Positions 40,670 through 50,995 are shown, numbered from the stretch's first letter. The stretch: DNA of 64,000 nucleotides from Candidatus Heimdallarchaeota archaeon (GCA_020353515.1 CP070695.1:441173-505172), one strand, 5' to 3'. Program-made: numbers and translations. Notes: a model not told the origin generated them from the sequence alone.

Positions 40670-41527
40670 ATGCCTGAAGGCCCTGAAGTAGAAACTGTAA
40701 GACTTGAACTCCTCCAACTTATTTCAAAAAAGGTTGATTCAATTCAATTAACTCCATTATCTCAAAAATACCCTAAATATGAAGGAAAACAACCATTTTT
40801 TAATCAGTTTTCTAGGAAAACAATCCACAGCATAGACCGTTTTGGAAAATTTTTGGTTTGGCGTTTTACTAATGTTGAAGCAGTTATTCTTAATCACCTC
40901 GGAATGACTGGTAGATGGTGTCTCTACAAGGATCTCAAGAAGTTACCTACGACTACAAAACACATTAAAGTAATCATCCATATGAAAAGCCCACCTAATG
41001 CCCTATTCAACGATATACGAAATTTTGGTCAATTCAAGGTGTTTCAATCGTTTGAGGAAGTCCAACAATACACCCCTATTCGGTCTCTAGGCGTTGATGG
41101 ACTTACCACTCCTTTTCCACTTAATGAGTTCTTGACTCGGTTAGCAAAAAAGAATTTTAAGGATAAACCTATTGGGGAAGTCCTCTTGAATCAACGTCTT
41201 GTGGCTGGAGTTGGGAATATCTATAAAACAGAATCCTTGTTTCATGCAAAGATCAATCCACTGAAAAAGGTAAAAAAACTCTCAAACACGGAAAGAGAGG
41301 AATTAGGTCTCGCTATCGGAAAAATTTTACAAAAAGCCTTGCACGATAAAGGGAGTACAATGGAGTTTCAGCCCTATGAGCTGCCCTCAGGAACAACTGG
41401 GAATGCACAAAAATGGCATAAGGTATACAAGCGTGAAGGGAAACCTTGTTTGGAATGTGGAACTCCTATAACGCGAATGATTCAGAAAGACAGAAGCACT
41501 TTTTATTGTTTACAATGTCAAAAATAA
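40670..41527 (+). CDS. mutM: Fpg/Nei-family DNA glycosylase/AP lyase
   Basis: N-terminal PEGPEV, HLGMTG, GVGNIYKTE, C-terminal Cys4 finger. Confidence 0.88.
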   Translation: MPEGPEVETVRLELLQLISKKVDSIQLTPLSQKYPKYEGKQPFFNQFSRKTIHSIDRFGKFLVWRFTNVEAVILNHLGMTGRWCLYKDLKKLPTTTKHIKVIIHMKSPPNALFNDIRNFGQFKVFQSFEEVQQYTPIRSLGVDGLTTPFPLNEFLTRLAKKNFKDKPIGEVLLNQRLVAGVGNIYKTESLFHAKINPLKKVKKLSNTEREELGLAIGKILQKALHDKGSTMEFQPYELPSGTTGNAQKWHKVYKREGKPCLECGTPITRMIQKDRSTFYCLQCQK

Positions 41528-41532
41528 TGAGA

Positions 41533-43263
41533 TTAGTTTTCTTGTTGATAATTACTCCGTAATTGAGTGAACATTGGAACATATAGGATAGGTACCCATC
41601 CTTTCGGAGCAGGACGCCAACGACCGATAACAGCTTTTACTTCTTCTCCTTCAGTGAAATTACAGATCCTGGGATTGTAATTAAATCCTCTAACCATTTT
41701 TTGGTCAAACATTGCCCAGTAAGGATTCTCAGGATGACCAGCTGCTTTCTTTGAGGGATTATAATAATGCACCTGTTTAATTTTAGCTCGTTTCGGGATC
41801 TTTAACACTTGCAATTTCGTTCCGCATATTCTTTTAGCGTCACCAGTTGTGTTCTCAATCCCACGTAAACAACGATCTTCCAATTCGCCAAATTTCTCTG
41901 GAGGAGCAAAATCTGGGAAGTTAGCTTTGGTCCAACTGTCCCCAAAATAGACGGCACCGCATTTTGGGCACCCCTCTACTTGATAATATTCTTTTGATAG
42001 TGGATCTACTTCCAATAAGGCGATATGCCGAGCAGCTTGATCAGGAGTATCACGAAACTTAAAATAATCCTCAACCGTGATTTTCTGTTTGTATTCTATT
42101 TGTTCCTGAACAGTTGGAACGCCATTATTAGCAACTTGTGAACCATCAGCTTTCACTTTAATACTAATGACATCGGAACCAGCACCTGATCCATAAAGAA
42201 CAGTCATAATCTCATCGCCAGGTTCAGCAGTTTCCATCGCATTGCATAAAGCAGTTGGAACAGTCGCAGAATAACCATTGGCAATAACTGGGGCTAAATT
42301 AGATACTTTAACCCTCGGTTCGATACCAAGCATCTTACCGTCGTCATCAAACATCTTTTCAGCTAAGGGGACGCCAAAATGATTACCAATGTCGATTAAA
42401 GCCTCATTAGGAAATGATCCATTTGGAGAGTGAATCACCCAAGTTTTAGTTTGAAGACAGTCAGGACTGATGTCGGAATAATTCACAAGGTGTTTCTTCA
42501 GGGTTGAAAGAATCATTCCACGGAAGGCCAGTGAAGTACCTTGACCCTCATGCTCTGGGAATGCTTCCCCATCTTTTCTAATAAAATCTGAGAAGTCATA
42601 GTTGATTGAGGTTCGTCCTTTTATTTCTGCAATCCCTTTCTCTTTCCCAAGAATGATGCTAGTGGAATAGAAGGAAGCAGAAAACTCTAGGTCATCTCCA
42701 GGAGCCCCTTGACTCGCATCAGTTGCAGTAACCGCAACATAACGACATCTTCCAGAATCAATTAGGGCGGCTGCAATGTCAAGAAATTCACCAAAGGGCT
42801 TACAGGCAAACTCTCCTCGCACACCATATTTCAGATCAGTTAAACCAGCCTTTCCAGCAATAGCTGTACTTGATTTTACAGCATAGGGATAAGATTCTGA
42901 AACAACGAATAACGCATCAATTTCTTCAGGTTTGATTCCAGCACGGCGAATAGCATAACTCAAAGATTGGATCCCTGCAGTCAATGCATCTTCGTTTGGA
43001 CCAGGAACAACCTTTTCTCGAAGCATTAATCGTTGATGGTAAACCCATCTCACACTACTCAAGGCCTTTCCTCGAAAACGATTGACAGTTCTCTTAAGTT
43101 TTCTCAAAGCAACCTTATAATTAAGTGTGGACAAACTATGGTAATTATCCACGAGTTCTTGAATTTCAAGACGATTTTGAGGTATAAAAGACGCTATTGC
43201 CTTAATATCTGCCATATAAATAACCATCGCGTAGGTTTTGTGATGTTTCTTTGGTGTAACCAA
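41533..43263 (-). CDS. Archaeal HMG-CoA synthase fused to a DUF35-like Zn-ribbon/OB domain
   Basis: ESYPYAVK, EFACK, HSPNG, ANGYS, YGSGAGSD; C-terminal CPKCG...C...CG plus OB-like strands. Confidence 0.85.
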   Translation of the reverse strand: MVTPKKHHKTYAMVIYMADIKAIASFIPQNRLEIQELVDNYHSLSTLNYKVALRKLKRTVNRFRGKALSSVRWVYHQRLMLREKVVPGPNEDALTAGIQSLSYAIRRAGIKPEEIDALFVVSESYPYAVKSSTAIAGKAGLTDLKYGVRGEFACKPFGEFLDIAAALIDSGRCRYVAVTATDASQGAPGDDLEFSASFYSTSIILGKEKGIAEIKGRTSINYDFSDFIRKDGEAFPEHEGQGTSLAFRGMILSTLKKHLVNYSDISPDCLQTKTWVIHSPNGSFPNEALIDIGNHFGVPLAEKMFDDDGKMLGIEPRVKVSNLAPVIANGYSATVPTALCNAMETAEPGDEIMTVLYGSGAGSDVISIKVKADGSQVANNGVPTVQEQIEYKQKITVEDYFKFRDTPDQAARHIALLEVDPLSKEYYQVEGCPKCGAVYFGDSWTKANFPDFAPPEKFGELEDRCLRGIENTTGDAKRICGTKLQVLKIPKRAKIKQVHYYNPSKKAAGHPENPYWAMFDQKMVRGFNYNPRICNFTEGEEVKAVIGRWRPAPKGWVPILYVPMFTQLRSNYQQEN

Positions 43264-43680
43264 TGTAATACTACTTGTCGTAAAGAATAGCCGTTCTTCT
43301 TACCTGTGAAGATGCCAATTGTTTAAGTCAGAGGACTAAAACATTTAAGCTCTCGAAAAGTTACCCATTAGTAAGGGGTTTATATGTGTTAGCTCATACA
43401 TACGGCTCATAGGGGTAATTTTTAAAAAATTTTAAGGTAATATGGGTTCATCATATGGGTGATTCCCCCTTTGCCTTTTTTCCTTATCTATGATCATTAC
43501 TAAAAATTATAATTGGAGAGATTATTTAACTTTTATTTTATTTTTTTTAGAATTTTTTTATCAGATTAACTAACTGGTTAAGTCATTTTTGTACCAATAA
43601 AAAGGTAAGGAGAATAAAGGTAACATATTTCTAAGAGAATATTTATACTGCTTATCAACAGATCCTAGAAACCTATTACA

Positions 43681-44298
43681 ATGAGGACGATCAAATTGAA
43701 ATCTTTCATCGTATTATATGGGCCACGACTTCCTGAAGCAAGTAATTGCCTGTTAAAGCTCTCACAAAAGCTGGGTGATCTTCCTATCTCTGGAGGGGAA
43801 AGAGCTTATGGAACTCATGATTTTGTGTTTAATTGGATCAAACCACCCCAACCAGAACCATTATTAGAACTAGTACGCAGGATTGATGAGTGTTTAATGG
43901 GATTACCAACGAAATACGCTATCACGACTGAAAGCCACAAAACAAGTCGTGTAACTGTTGAGATCGGTAAACGAGTTATGGCTACTATTTTTTCTCTGAT
44001 CCGGATTCAGGGCCCCAGTATTTCCAAAGCACTAACCGCTATTGAACAGGTTATTCAAGAAGTCGAAACAACAAACACCTTTGATACAGTAAAATCTTCG
44101 ATTCTTATGGGAGAGTATGATTATGCCTTTGAGTGGGATCATTGGCCATCCTTTGAGGAGATCCATGACTTATTATCACGTTTAGATGAAAAAATTGAAC
44201 CAACAGGAGCTTTATACACACTAACGACTAAAAAAGTCTATCGCACAGAAGACCACATTGATGACTATTCTAGTGATAATCTTATGGCATTTCTTTGA
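43681..44298 (+). CDS. Hypothetical protein with two tandem homologous domains
   Basis: GP...G.[HY]D[FY].F.W..P...R.DE...Y..TT occurs twice. Confidence 0.8.
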   Translation: MRTIKLKSFIVLYGPRLPEASNCLLKLSQKLGDLPISGGERAYGTHDFVFNWIKPPQPEPLLELVRRIDECLMGLPTKYAITTESHKTSRVTVEIGKRVMATIFSLIRIQGPSISKALTAIEQVIQEVETTNTFDTVKSSILMGEYDYAFEWDHWPSFEEIHDLLSRLDEKIEPTGALYTLTTKKVYRTEDHIDDYSSDNLMAFL

Positions 44299-44377
44299 AT
44301 TTAATTATATTTTTGCTTAGCTTTTTCCTTCTATTCATTGATTTTTATGGTAACTTACTAAAGATTTAATTATCCAT

Positions 44378-45418
44378 TTAAGTAATGGGAAATAGCACAA
44401 GTAGAATAAGTAGTTCGAAAGGTAGTATTATTAATGCTAGTAGCGTTAAGCTAGTAATTAATAAACTGATTTCATCCTCTTTAAGGTTGAAAAATTTTCC
44501 ATACATGATATTGATAACTGCTGGGGGTGCCATTCCTTGAATTATAAGAGTAATCGCAACTGCTGGTTCACGAACTTGTAGTATGATTAACATCACTAAT
44601 ACGACTAGTGGAGCTATAAGGAAGCGCACTGAACTTACACGGAAGACCTCTTTCGAAAATAGACTTCTCGGATGAAGTTGCTCAATATCCCGAAATGAAA
44701 CCCCTACAAGGATGAGTGCTCCATAAAGTGAAATAGGTTTGACGATACTTAAGCCAGGGAGGGCAAAAAGGTCACCTATCGCGCTAGGCCCCACTATTGC
44801 ATGGAGGATAAACCCAGCAATTACAGCTAGCAGTGGTGGAAATTTTAACAGGTTGATTGATATCTTCTTTATATCTGTGAAAGGAGAATTCGGTTTGCTT
44901 TCATCAGTGTTTACATGTTCAGGGGTATACATAACTCCCAACAATACTCCAAGGCTATTCCGTAGTATCATAGCCACAAACACAAATATTGATGCGTAAA
45001 TCAGAGCGGAAGATCCTAAGATCGCTAAAATTATTGGAAATGGGTATAACAATGAATTAGGAAACGTACTACATAGTACTCGCGCACCGACTTCTTCTGG
45101 TGGTTTACTTCTTGAGATCAGGTGAATGGAAAGAAAACTAGCGATATGTACAATAACTGCAACAACAGTTACAATGATAATCATTTCTCCTGCAAAAGAC
45201 TCAATTGAAGCAAAGGAGGAGATAATATTAACAGGAAAAAAAAACCAAATCGTTATTGTATTAATCCATTTACCATATTTAGGTTTATAATATCTCGAAA
45301 AACGCCAGATAATACCAATAATGATCATAATATAAACTATCAAGAGGTCTGTGAGTAAGCCAAGTAAGCCTTCAATCAGGACAGAAAGTACCTGCGTGAG
45401 TGTGTCGAAAAATGCCAT
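44378..45418 (-). CDS. AEC (auxin efflux carrier) family transporter
   Basis: FFP..I, FPNS...FP, PPLLA, MAPPA; about 10 TM. Confidence 0.88.
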   Translation of the reverse strand: MAFFDTLTQVLSVLIEGLLGLLTDLLIVYIMIIIGIIWRFSRYYKPKYGKWINTITIWFFFPVNIISSFASIESFAGEMIIIVTVVAVIVHIASFLSIHLISRSKPPEEVGARVLCSTFPNSLLYPFPIILAILGSSALIYASIFVFVAMILRNSLGVLLGVMYTPEHVNTDESKPNSPFTDIKKISINLLKFPPLLAVIAGFILHAIVGPSAIGDLFALPGLSIVKPISLYGALILVGVSFRDIEQLHPRSLFSKEVFRVSSVRFLIAPLVVLVMLIILQVREPAVAITLIIQGMAPPAVINIMYGKFFNLKEDEISLLITSLTLLALIILPFELLILLVLFPIT

Positions 45419-45464
45419 GTATCAGTCGCCGTTACACTTAGTGTTAAGTATGTTATTTCGTCGT

Positions 45465-46700
45465 TTACTTGATAAGAATGAATTTCTTTTGAGGAGGGAC
45501 TAGAAATTCACACCCATCTTTTGTTATAACGATGTTTTCTTCTAGCGATACTGTACCAAAATTTTTAGTTTTGACATTCAATTCCAATGTAAAAATATTG
45601 CTTTCTTCTACGAAACCCTTTGGTGTATCACCATATCTTTCCCATAGAGGACCTAGGATGACACCACCATCATGAGCTTTTGTACCTACTTGATGGCCTA
45701 AGGCATGTGCGTACTCTTCATACCCTCTCGATTTTACATATTCTCGGGCGATATTATCTACAGAATACCCCGTGACACCTGGTTTGATGTAATCAGCAGC
45801 TTTGAGAATTGCGTCTCGTACTGTTTCAAATGCATGGATTAATTCTGTTGGTGGTTCCGTACCGAAGAACCACATTCTTTGGAGGTCAGAACAGTATCCA
45901 CGCAATTTGATACCAAAATCATTATGCAATGTGTGGCCTTTTTGAGTCGTAAATTGGGGAGAGGGACCTATGTGACCCAGTTCCTTATCAGGTCCAGCAT
46001 CAACAGCTGGACAAGATGCTCTTTGCCAAGCTTCAACTACTCCTAAACGATCCATTTCTTGATGAAACAACCTTTGAATTTCTGGTTCAGACAGTCCTAC
46101 CTTTAATTTCGAAGTGATAGTCCGATTTATTTCTTCAGTTAATTTACAGGTGTTTGTAATCAGTTTGATTTCAGTTTTAGTTTTTCTTCCTCTAATAGCC
46201 TGAATTATTGGCGCAGCTGAAATAAATCGCTCTTTTTTATCTTTTAAGATGTTTGATATCTTTAGAAACATACCATGAGAAAGGCCATCGGATACTACAT
46301 CATCTTCGGAATAATTCAGGGCAATATTATGCGGATTAATTTTGTCTAAATATTTTCTCAGAGGTTCGGCAATACCTTCTTTGTAGGGTATAACTTCATC
46401 CCATATCCCTTTTTCTCTCTCGGCTGGTGCGTCAAAATTTCCTACAATTGCGCCCTTAGAAAATATATTTTTATTACTATTGAATATAAACGCTGATTCC
46501 CATACAACATCACCCCCAATAACAAGATCCATGATTGGGTCTGGATTAGCTTCAGTTTCCCTGATAAAAATCAGCCAACACTCAATTCCGTTCTCCTTCA
46601 TGATTGAAGGTATTTGGTTATGTTTTTCCCTAATTATTTCTAGATGATTTTCTCTTGAAAGTTTTGCTTGACTCAATAATAAATCCCTTCTTAAAGTCAT
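45465..46700 (-). CDS. M24 Xaa-Pro peptidase-family protein
   Basis: DFG..GYCSDLQR, HALGHQVG..AHD, E...LEE. Confidence 0.92.
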   Translation of the reverse strand: MTLRRDLLLSQAKLSRENHLEIIREKHNQIPSIMKENGIECWLIFIRETEANPDPIMDLVIGGDVVWESAFIFNSNKNIFSKGAIVGNFDAPAEREKGIWDEVIPYKEGIAEPLRKYLDKINPHNIALNYSEDDVVSDGLSHGMFLKISNILKDKKERFISAAPIIQAIRGRKTKTEIKLITNTCKLTEEINRTITSKLKVGLSEPEIQRLFHQEMDRLGVVEAWQRASCPAVDAGPDKELGHIGPSPQFTTQKGHTLHNDFGIKLRGYCSDLQRMWFFGTEPPTELIHAFETVRDAILKAADYIKPGVTGYSVDNIAREYVKSRGYEEYAHALGHQVGTKAHDGGVILGPLWERYGDTPKGFVEESNIFTLELNVKTKNFGTVSLEENIVITKDGCEFLVPPQKKFILIK

Positions 46701-47425
46701 TACCTTGAATGAATTTTTAAAAGATGGCCAAAACGTTGTTTTTTTGTTTGCATATAATTTAGACTGTATTCTGTTGGAGGGAGATCCAGGGGTACTCGTT
46801 CGATAATCTCTATATGCTCTCCAACCTGTTTAATTTTCTCAGGATTATTTGTTATCAGTCTAATAGATCCGACACCAAGCTTCTCGAGCATTGCTCCAGC
46901 GACTTCATAGTTTCGTTGATCTGCTCCGAATCCAAGAGCGACATTTGCATCATAGGTATCGAAACCATTGTCCTGTAAGGCATATGCACGGAGTTTATTC
47001 AACAAACCTATTCCTCTTCCCTCTTGCTGCATATATAAGATGACTCCTGCTCCTTCTTCCTCAATCATTTTTAATGAGTGATCCAATTGTGGGCCACAAT
47101 CACATCTTAGGGATCCTAACGCATCACCAGTCAAACATGATGAATGTAAACGCGTGAGTAGCTTAGTTTTACCTATTATATCGCCTTTAACTATTGCTAT
47201 ATGTTCCTCTCGATCTTTGTTATTTACAAAACCCACTATATGAAAATGTCCGAATTGACTTGGAAAATCCGCGATTGCTACAATCATAACACAGGTTTGT
47301 TTTTCACAAGTTTCACACTCATGTTGATTGGAACAATTCTTGAATTCCAACAAATCTTGGTTAATTATGGTTTCTAGGGATAGTTTCTGCATTTTATAGA
47401 CCCGAATAAGTGACTTTACTAGCAT
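46700..47425 (-). CDS. ribA: GTP cyclohydrolase II (likely start ATG 47392)
   Basis: RLHSSCLTGDALGSLRCDCG, QEGRGIGL, TNNPEK. Confidence 0.95.
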   Translation of the reverse strand: MLVKSLIRVYKMQKLSLETIINQDLLEFKNCSNQHECETCEKQTCVMIVAIADFPSQFGHFHIVGFVNNKDREEHIAIVKGDIIGKTKLLTRLHSSCLTGDALGSLRCDCGPQLDHSLKMIEEEGAGVILYMQQEGRGIGLLNKLRAYALQDNGFDTYDANVALGFGADQRNYEVAGAMLEKLGVGSIRLITNNPEKIKQVGEHIEIIERVPLDLPPTEYSLNYMQTKKQRFGHLLKIHSR

Positions 47426-47580
47426 TAGAAAGAAAATGATGAGTAATTAATAAAATTTGTAATCTCAGATCTATATTCATTTCATAGATAGACTACAACT
47501 ATTTCTTAGGTTACTAGTTAAATTGATTAAGCAAATGAATCTTTAATGTTTATAGAAAAAAAGGTAATTCGTGACATCTC

Positions 47581-49317
47581 ATGAATCTTGAGAACATCGT
47601 AGACAAGTTTGTTTACGAAAATGCTTTGAAACACGGTCAAGCGAAGACTGGTTCGGTATTGGGAGCAATTATTGCTGCTCACCCAGAATTAAAGGAACAA
47701 GCAAAAGAAATAGCAAGTCAGGTTTCGGCCAAAATAGACTTAGTAAACAAAATGGGTTCTGAGAAGATTGAAAGGTGGTGTAGAGACAATTATCCAGAAT
47801 TTTTCGAGAAAGAGGAGAAAATTAAGAGAAAAAAGACTTCTTTACCTCCTCTCGAAGGAGGAGTTGATGGAGAAGTATGTACAAGATTACCTCCAGAACC
47901 TAGTGGGTATCTTCACATTGGACATGGGTATGCAGGTTTCATCAATTATTATTATGCTAAGCATTATAATGGAAAGTTAATTCTACGTTTTGAGGATACA
48001 AATCCCAGAAAGGTTGAACTTAAGTATTATGAGAAAATCCGTGATGATTTCCGATATATGGGGATTTACTGGGATGAGGAAATAAATGAATCTGATAGGA
48101 TACCAATGTATTATGATTATGCCCAACAATTAATTGAAGAAGGTAATGGATATGTATGTGGCTGCTCTGTGGATATCATTAGAGACTACAGGCATAAGGG
48201 AAAGGAATGTGAACATCGCAATCGTTCATCTAATGAAAATTTGGAATATTGGGAACAGATGCTAGAAGACAGCCCAGAAGGAAAACTATCATTGAGATTG
48301 AAGGTTGACATGTCTCATACAAATGCTGCGTTACGTGATCCTTCTATAATGCGGGTAATAGAAGCTTCTCATTGCCTCCAAGGCGATAAATATCGTGTTT
48401 GGCCTCTTTATGACTTTGCTGTAGCAATAGAAGATTCAGTTCTCGGGATCACGCATGTTTTAAGATCAGAAGAGTTTGTCCAGAAAGTACCTTTACAAAA
48501 TCATATCAGAGACATTTTAGGGTTGAGATCACCAAGGTTTGTTCATTTTTCAAGGTTAAGATTGTCTGACGTACCAGTACAAAAAAGACTTATTCGAGAG
48601 CTTATTAAAAAAGGCATCATTGACAATTGGAATGATTTTCGACTAAGTACCATTTCAGGAATGCGTTCTAGAGGAATAGTTCCTGAAACTATTAAACAAA
48701 TCGCTTTTGATATGCAACTAAGTACAGGTCAATCAGAATTGGATTTGTCAATCTTGTTGGCAATAAATAGAAAGATTGTAGATGATATTGCAAGGAGGAT
48801 ATTTGCAGTCATTAACCCGATCACATTATATGTTGATAATTTGCCTGAAGATACAATTGAAGTTCCATATCATCCAAAAAAGGATCTGGGGCATAGAAAA
48901 ATTCCGTATACTCATGTTTTTTATGTGAATCATAGAGATCTTGAAATATTAAAACCTGGAGAGACTATTAGGCTGAAAGATCTAGTAAACATTACAATTA
49001 CCGAAATCAAATTACTTAACAACAACAAGATTGTTGTAACATCTAATTTCGAAGACGATCCTTCATTAAACTTTACAAAAATTCAATGGGTGCCAAAGAA
49101 CTACTGTTTGGAACTGATGGTTAATATACCTGGTCCATTATATATTAATGGGGAAATAAATCCAAGCTCGTTAAGAATTGAGAATGGATTCATAGAAAAG
49201 TCGGTTCTGGAACTTCAGAAAGGTGATTTGATACAACTTGAACGTATCGGTTTCGGAAAAATTGTTGATCTTAACCAGAAAAGAATCGAACTCAACCTGA
49301 CTGAATCACTTCAATGA
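47581..49317 (+). CDS. gltX: Glutamate--tRNA ligase, archaeal type
   Basis: PEPSGYLHIGH, RFEDTNP, ITHVLR, QLERIGF. Confidence 0.95.
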   Translation: MNLENIVDKFVYENALKHGQAKTGSVLGAIIAAHPELKEQAKEIASQVSAKIDLVNKMGSEKIERWCRDNYPEFFEKEEKIKRKKTSLPPLEGGVDGEVCTRLPPEPSGYLHIGHGYAGFINYYYAKHYNGKLILRFEDTNPRKVELKYYEKIRDDFRYMGIYWDEEINESDRIPMYYDYAQQLIEEGNGYVCGCSVDIIRDYRHKGKECEHRNRSSNENLEYWEQMLEDSPEGKLSLRLKVDMSHTNAALRDPSIMRVIEASHCLQGDKYRVWPLYDFAVAIEDSVLGITHVLRSEEFVQKVPLQNHIRDILGLRSPRFVHFSRLRLSDVPVQKRLIRELIKKGIIDNWNDFRLSTISGMRSRGIVPETIKQIAFDMQLSTGQSELDLSILLAINRKIVDDIARRIFAVINPITLYVDNLPEDTIEVPYHPKKDLGHRKIPYTHVFYVNHRDLEILKPGETIRLKDLVNITITEIKLLNNNKIVVTSNFEDDPSLNFTKIQWVPKNYCLELMVNIPGPLYINGEINPSSLRIENGFIEKSVLELQKGDLIQLERIGFGKIVDLNQKRIELNLTESLQ

Positions 49318-49329
49318 GGAGGTCTTTTT

Positions 49330-50316
49330 ATGATTAAGTACAATAAAATCTATAATAAAGACTTTCTAGATTTTTCTAAAAAGATTCCAGAGGAAACAAT
49401 TGACTTAATTGTCACTTCCCCACCTTACGGAATAGGAAAGGAATATGAAAAGAAGATACCTTTAGAGGATTATCTGAGTTGGTCTACAAAAGTATTTACA
49501 GAATTTAGAAGGATCCTTAAAGATACTGGTTCTCTTTTCTACCAAGTTGGAACTTACGTCGGTGAAAAAGGAGTACACTATCCTTGGGATATAATGCTCT
49601 TCCCACTCTTTGTTAATCTAGAATTTATTTCAAGAAATCGTATAATATGGATTCGGCAACATGGAACTCATGCAAAACACAAATTTTCTAATCGTCATGA
49701 ATCTATACTCTGGTTTACAAAATCTCATAACTATAAATTCAATCTAGATGGTATTCGTGTTCCTCAAAAGTATCCAAACAAGAAAGGTTATAGAAAAGGG
49801 AAACTTTATGGAAAATTCACATCAGATCCTAGGGGTAAGAATCCAGGTGACGTTTGGGCCTTTAGAAATGTTAAGCATAATCATGAAGAACAAACTGTAC
49901 ATCCATGTCAATTTCCAGAGGATATGATTACAAGGATCATTCTAGCAACTACAGATCCAAAAGATATTGTATTTGATCCCTTTATTGGTTCAGGAACGAC
50001 CGCTGTGGTAGCTAAACACTATAATAGAAGGTTTTTAGGATGTGAAATCGTGGAAGAATATGTTAACATTGCAAATCATCGTCTAAAAGGAGAACCAGAC
50101 AAAAATAACAATTTTCCAAACCTTAAAACTCTAAGACATTATGTTGACTTGACTGGAGAAGATATTGCTAAATTTACTTACTCACGACAAGTTGGAAAAG
50201 TCCCTACTCCCTCAAAAAATTCAAGAATCTTCTCTGAGAATTACCATCTAGAAAAAACAATAGAGAGAATTACCTACGAAGCGGAGAATCCACGATTTAA
50301 AGGTGAATGTAAATAA
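49330..50316 (+). CDS. Beta-class N4-cytosine DNA methyltransferase, M.BglII-like
   Basis: TSPPY, KNPGDVWAFRNVKHNHEE, HPCQFP, DPFIGSGTT. Confidence 0.9.
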   Translation: MIKYNKIYNKDFLDFSKKIPEETIDLIVTSPPYGIGKEYEKKIPLEDYLSWSTKVFTEFRRILKDTGSLFYQVGTYVGEKGVHYPWDIMLFPLFVNLEFISRNRIIWIRQHGTHAKHKFSNRHESILWFTKSHNYKFNLDGIRVPQKYPNKKGYRKGKLYGKFTSDPRGKNPGDVWAFRNVKHNHEEQTVHPCQFPEDMITRIILATTDPKDIVFDPFIGSGTTAVVAKHYNRRFLGCEIVEEYVNIANHRLKGEPDKNNNFPNLKTLRHYVDLTGEDIAKFTYSRQVGKVPTPSKNSRIFSENYHLEKTIERITYEAENPRFKGECK

Positions 50317-50385
50317 GGTAATAGAATGAATAAAGGAACTAATTATTATTTATCTAAGACTTTTAAGACTCAAATGGAATAAAAA

Positions 50386-50802
50386 ATGACTGAAACACAC
50401 TATTCAAAAACGATTTCAATTTATGAAGACATTTCTGTAGTTCTATTTGTTAGTTTAAGCCTTTTTGCAGTAGCAGAAATGTTTGGATTAATCACATCAA
50501 TTATCACGTCTTTTGTATATCCTGTTTCAGAAATCATTCCCATTTCAATGATCTTTTTCAGCACTCTAGGATTTTTGGGATTTTTAACTGATTCAAAAAT
50601 GAACATCATATTGGCTTTATTGGCTGCATTAGTAGAGCTATTAATCTTAAGTATAGCAATTCTAGTCAACCCAGCGGAATCCTTTCTCATCCCAACGATC
50701 ACTATTCAAATTCTATTGGCTTTTATTCTGTTTTTTGGGGTAATAACTATTCATTACCAACGGTTTATTTCTTGGAATTGGACTGGGATATGTTATGAAT
50801 GA
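50386..50802 (+). CDS. Hypothetical four-TM membrane protein
   Basis: Hydrophobic ORF with no recognised motif. Confidence 0.65.
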   Translation: MTETHYSKTISIYEDISVVLFVSLSLFAVAEMFGLITSIITSFVYPVSEIIPISMIFFSTLGFLGFLTDSKMNIILALLAALVELLILSIAILVNPAESFLIPTITIQILLAFILFFGVITIHYQRFISWNWTGICYE

Positions 50803-50977
50803 ACTTGTGGCAGCCGGAGCGCCTAGTGGAGAAAATTGGAGAATGAATCCGATTTTTGAACCCCATATTTTTGCTTTTACTTGGGTTCTTTCTGTTGTTC
50901 TCTCAATGGCAGCGGGATTTTATCCTGCCTGGAGAGCTGCTGAGCTGGATCCTGTAGTTGCCTTAAGAAAAGAATAA
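50795..50977 (+). pseudogene. C-terminal remnant of a MacB/FtsX-family ABC permease
   Basis: AGFYPAWRAAELDPVVALR only; the rest of the gene is absent. Confidence 0.75.
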
Positions 50978-50995
50978 AGAAAGGTGAAAAGTTTG

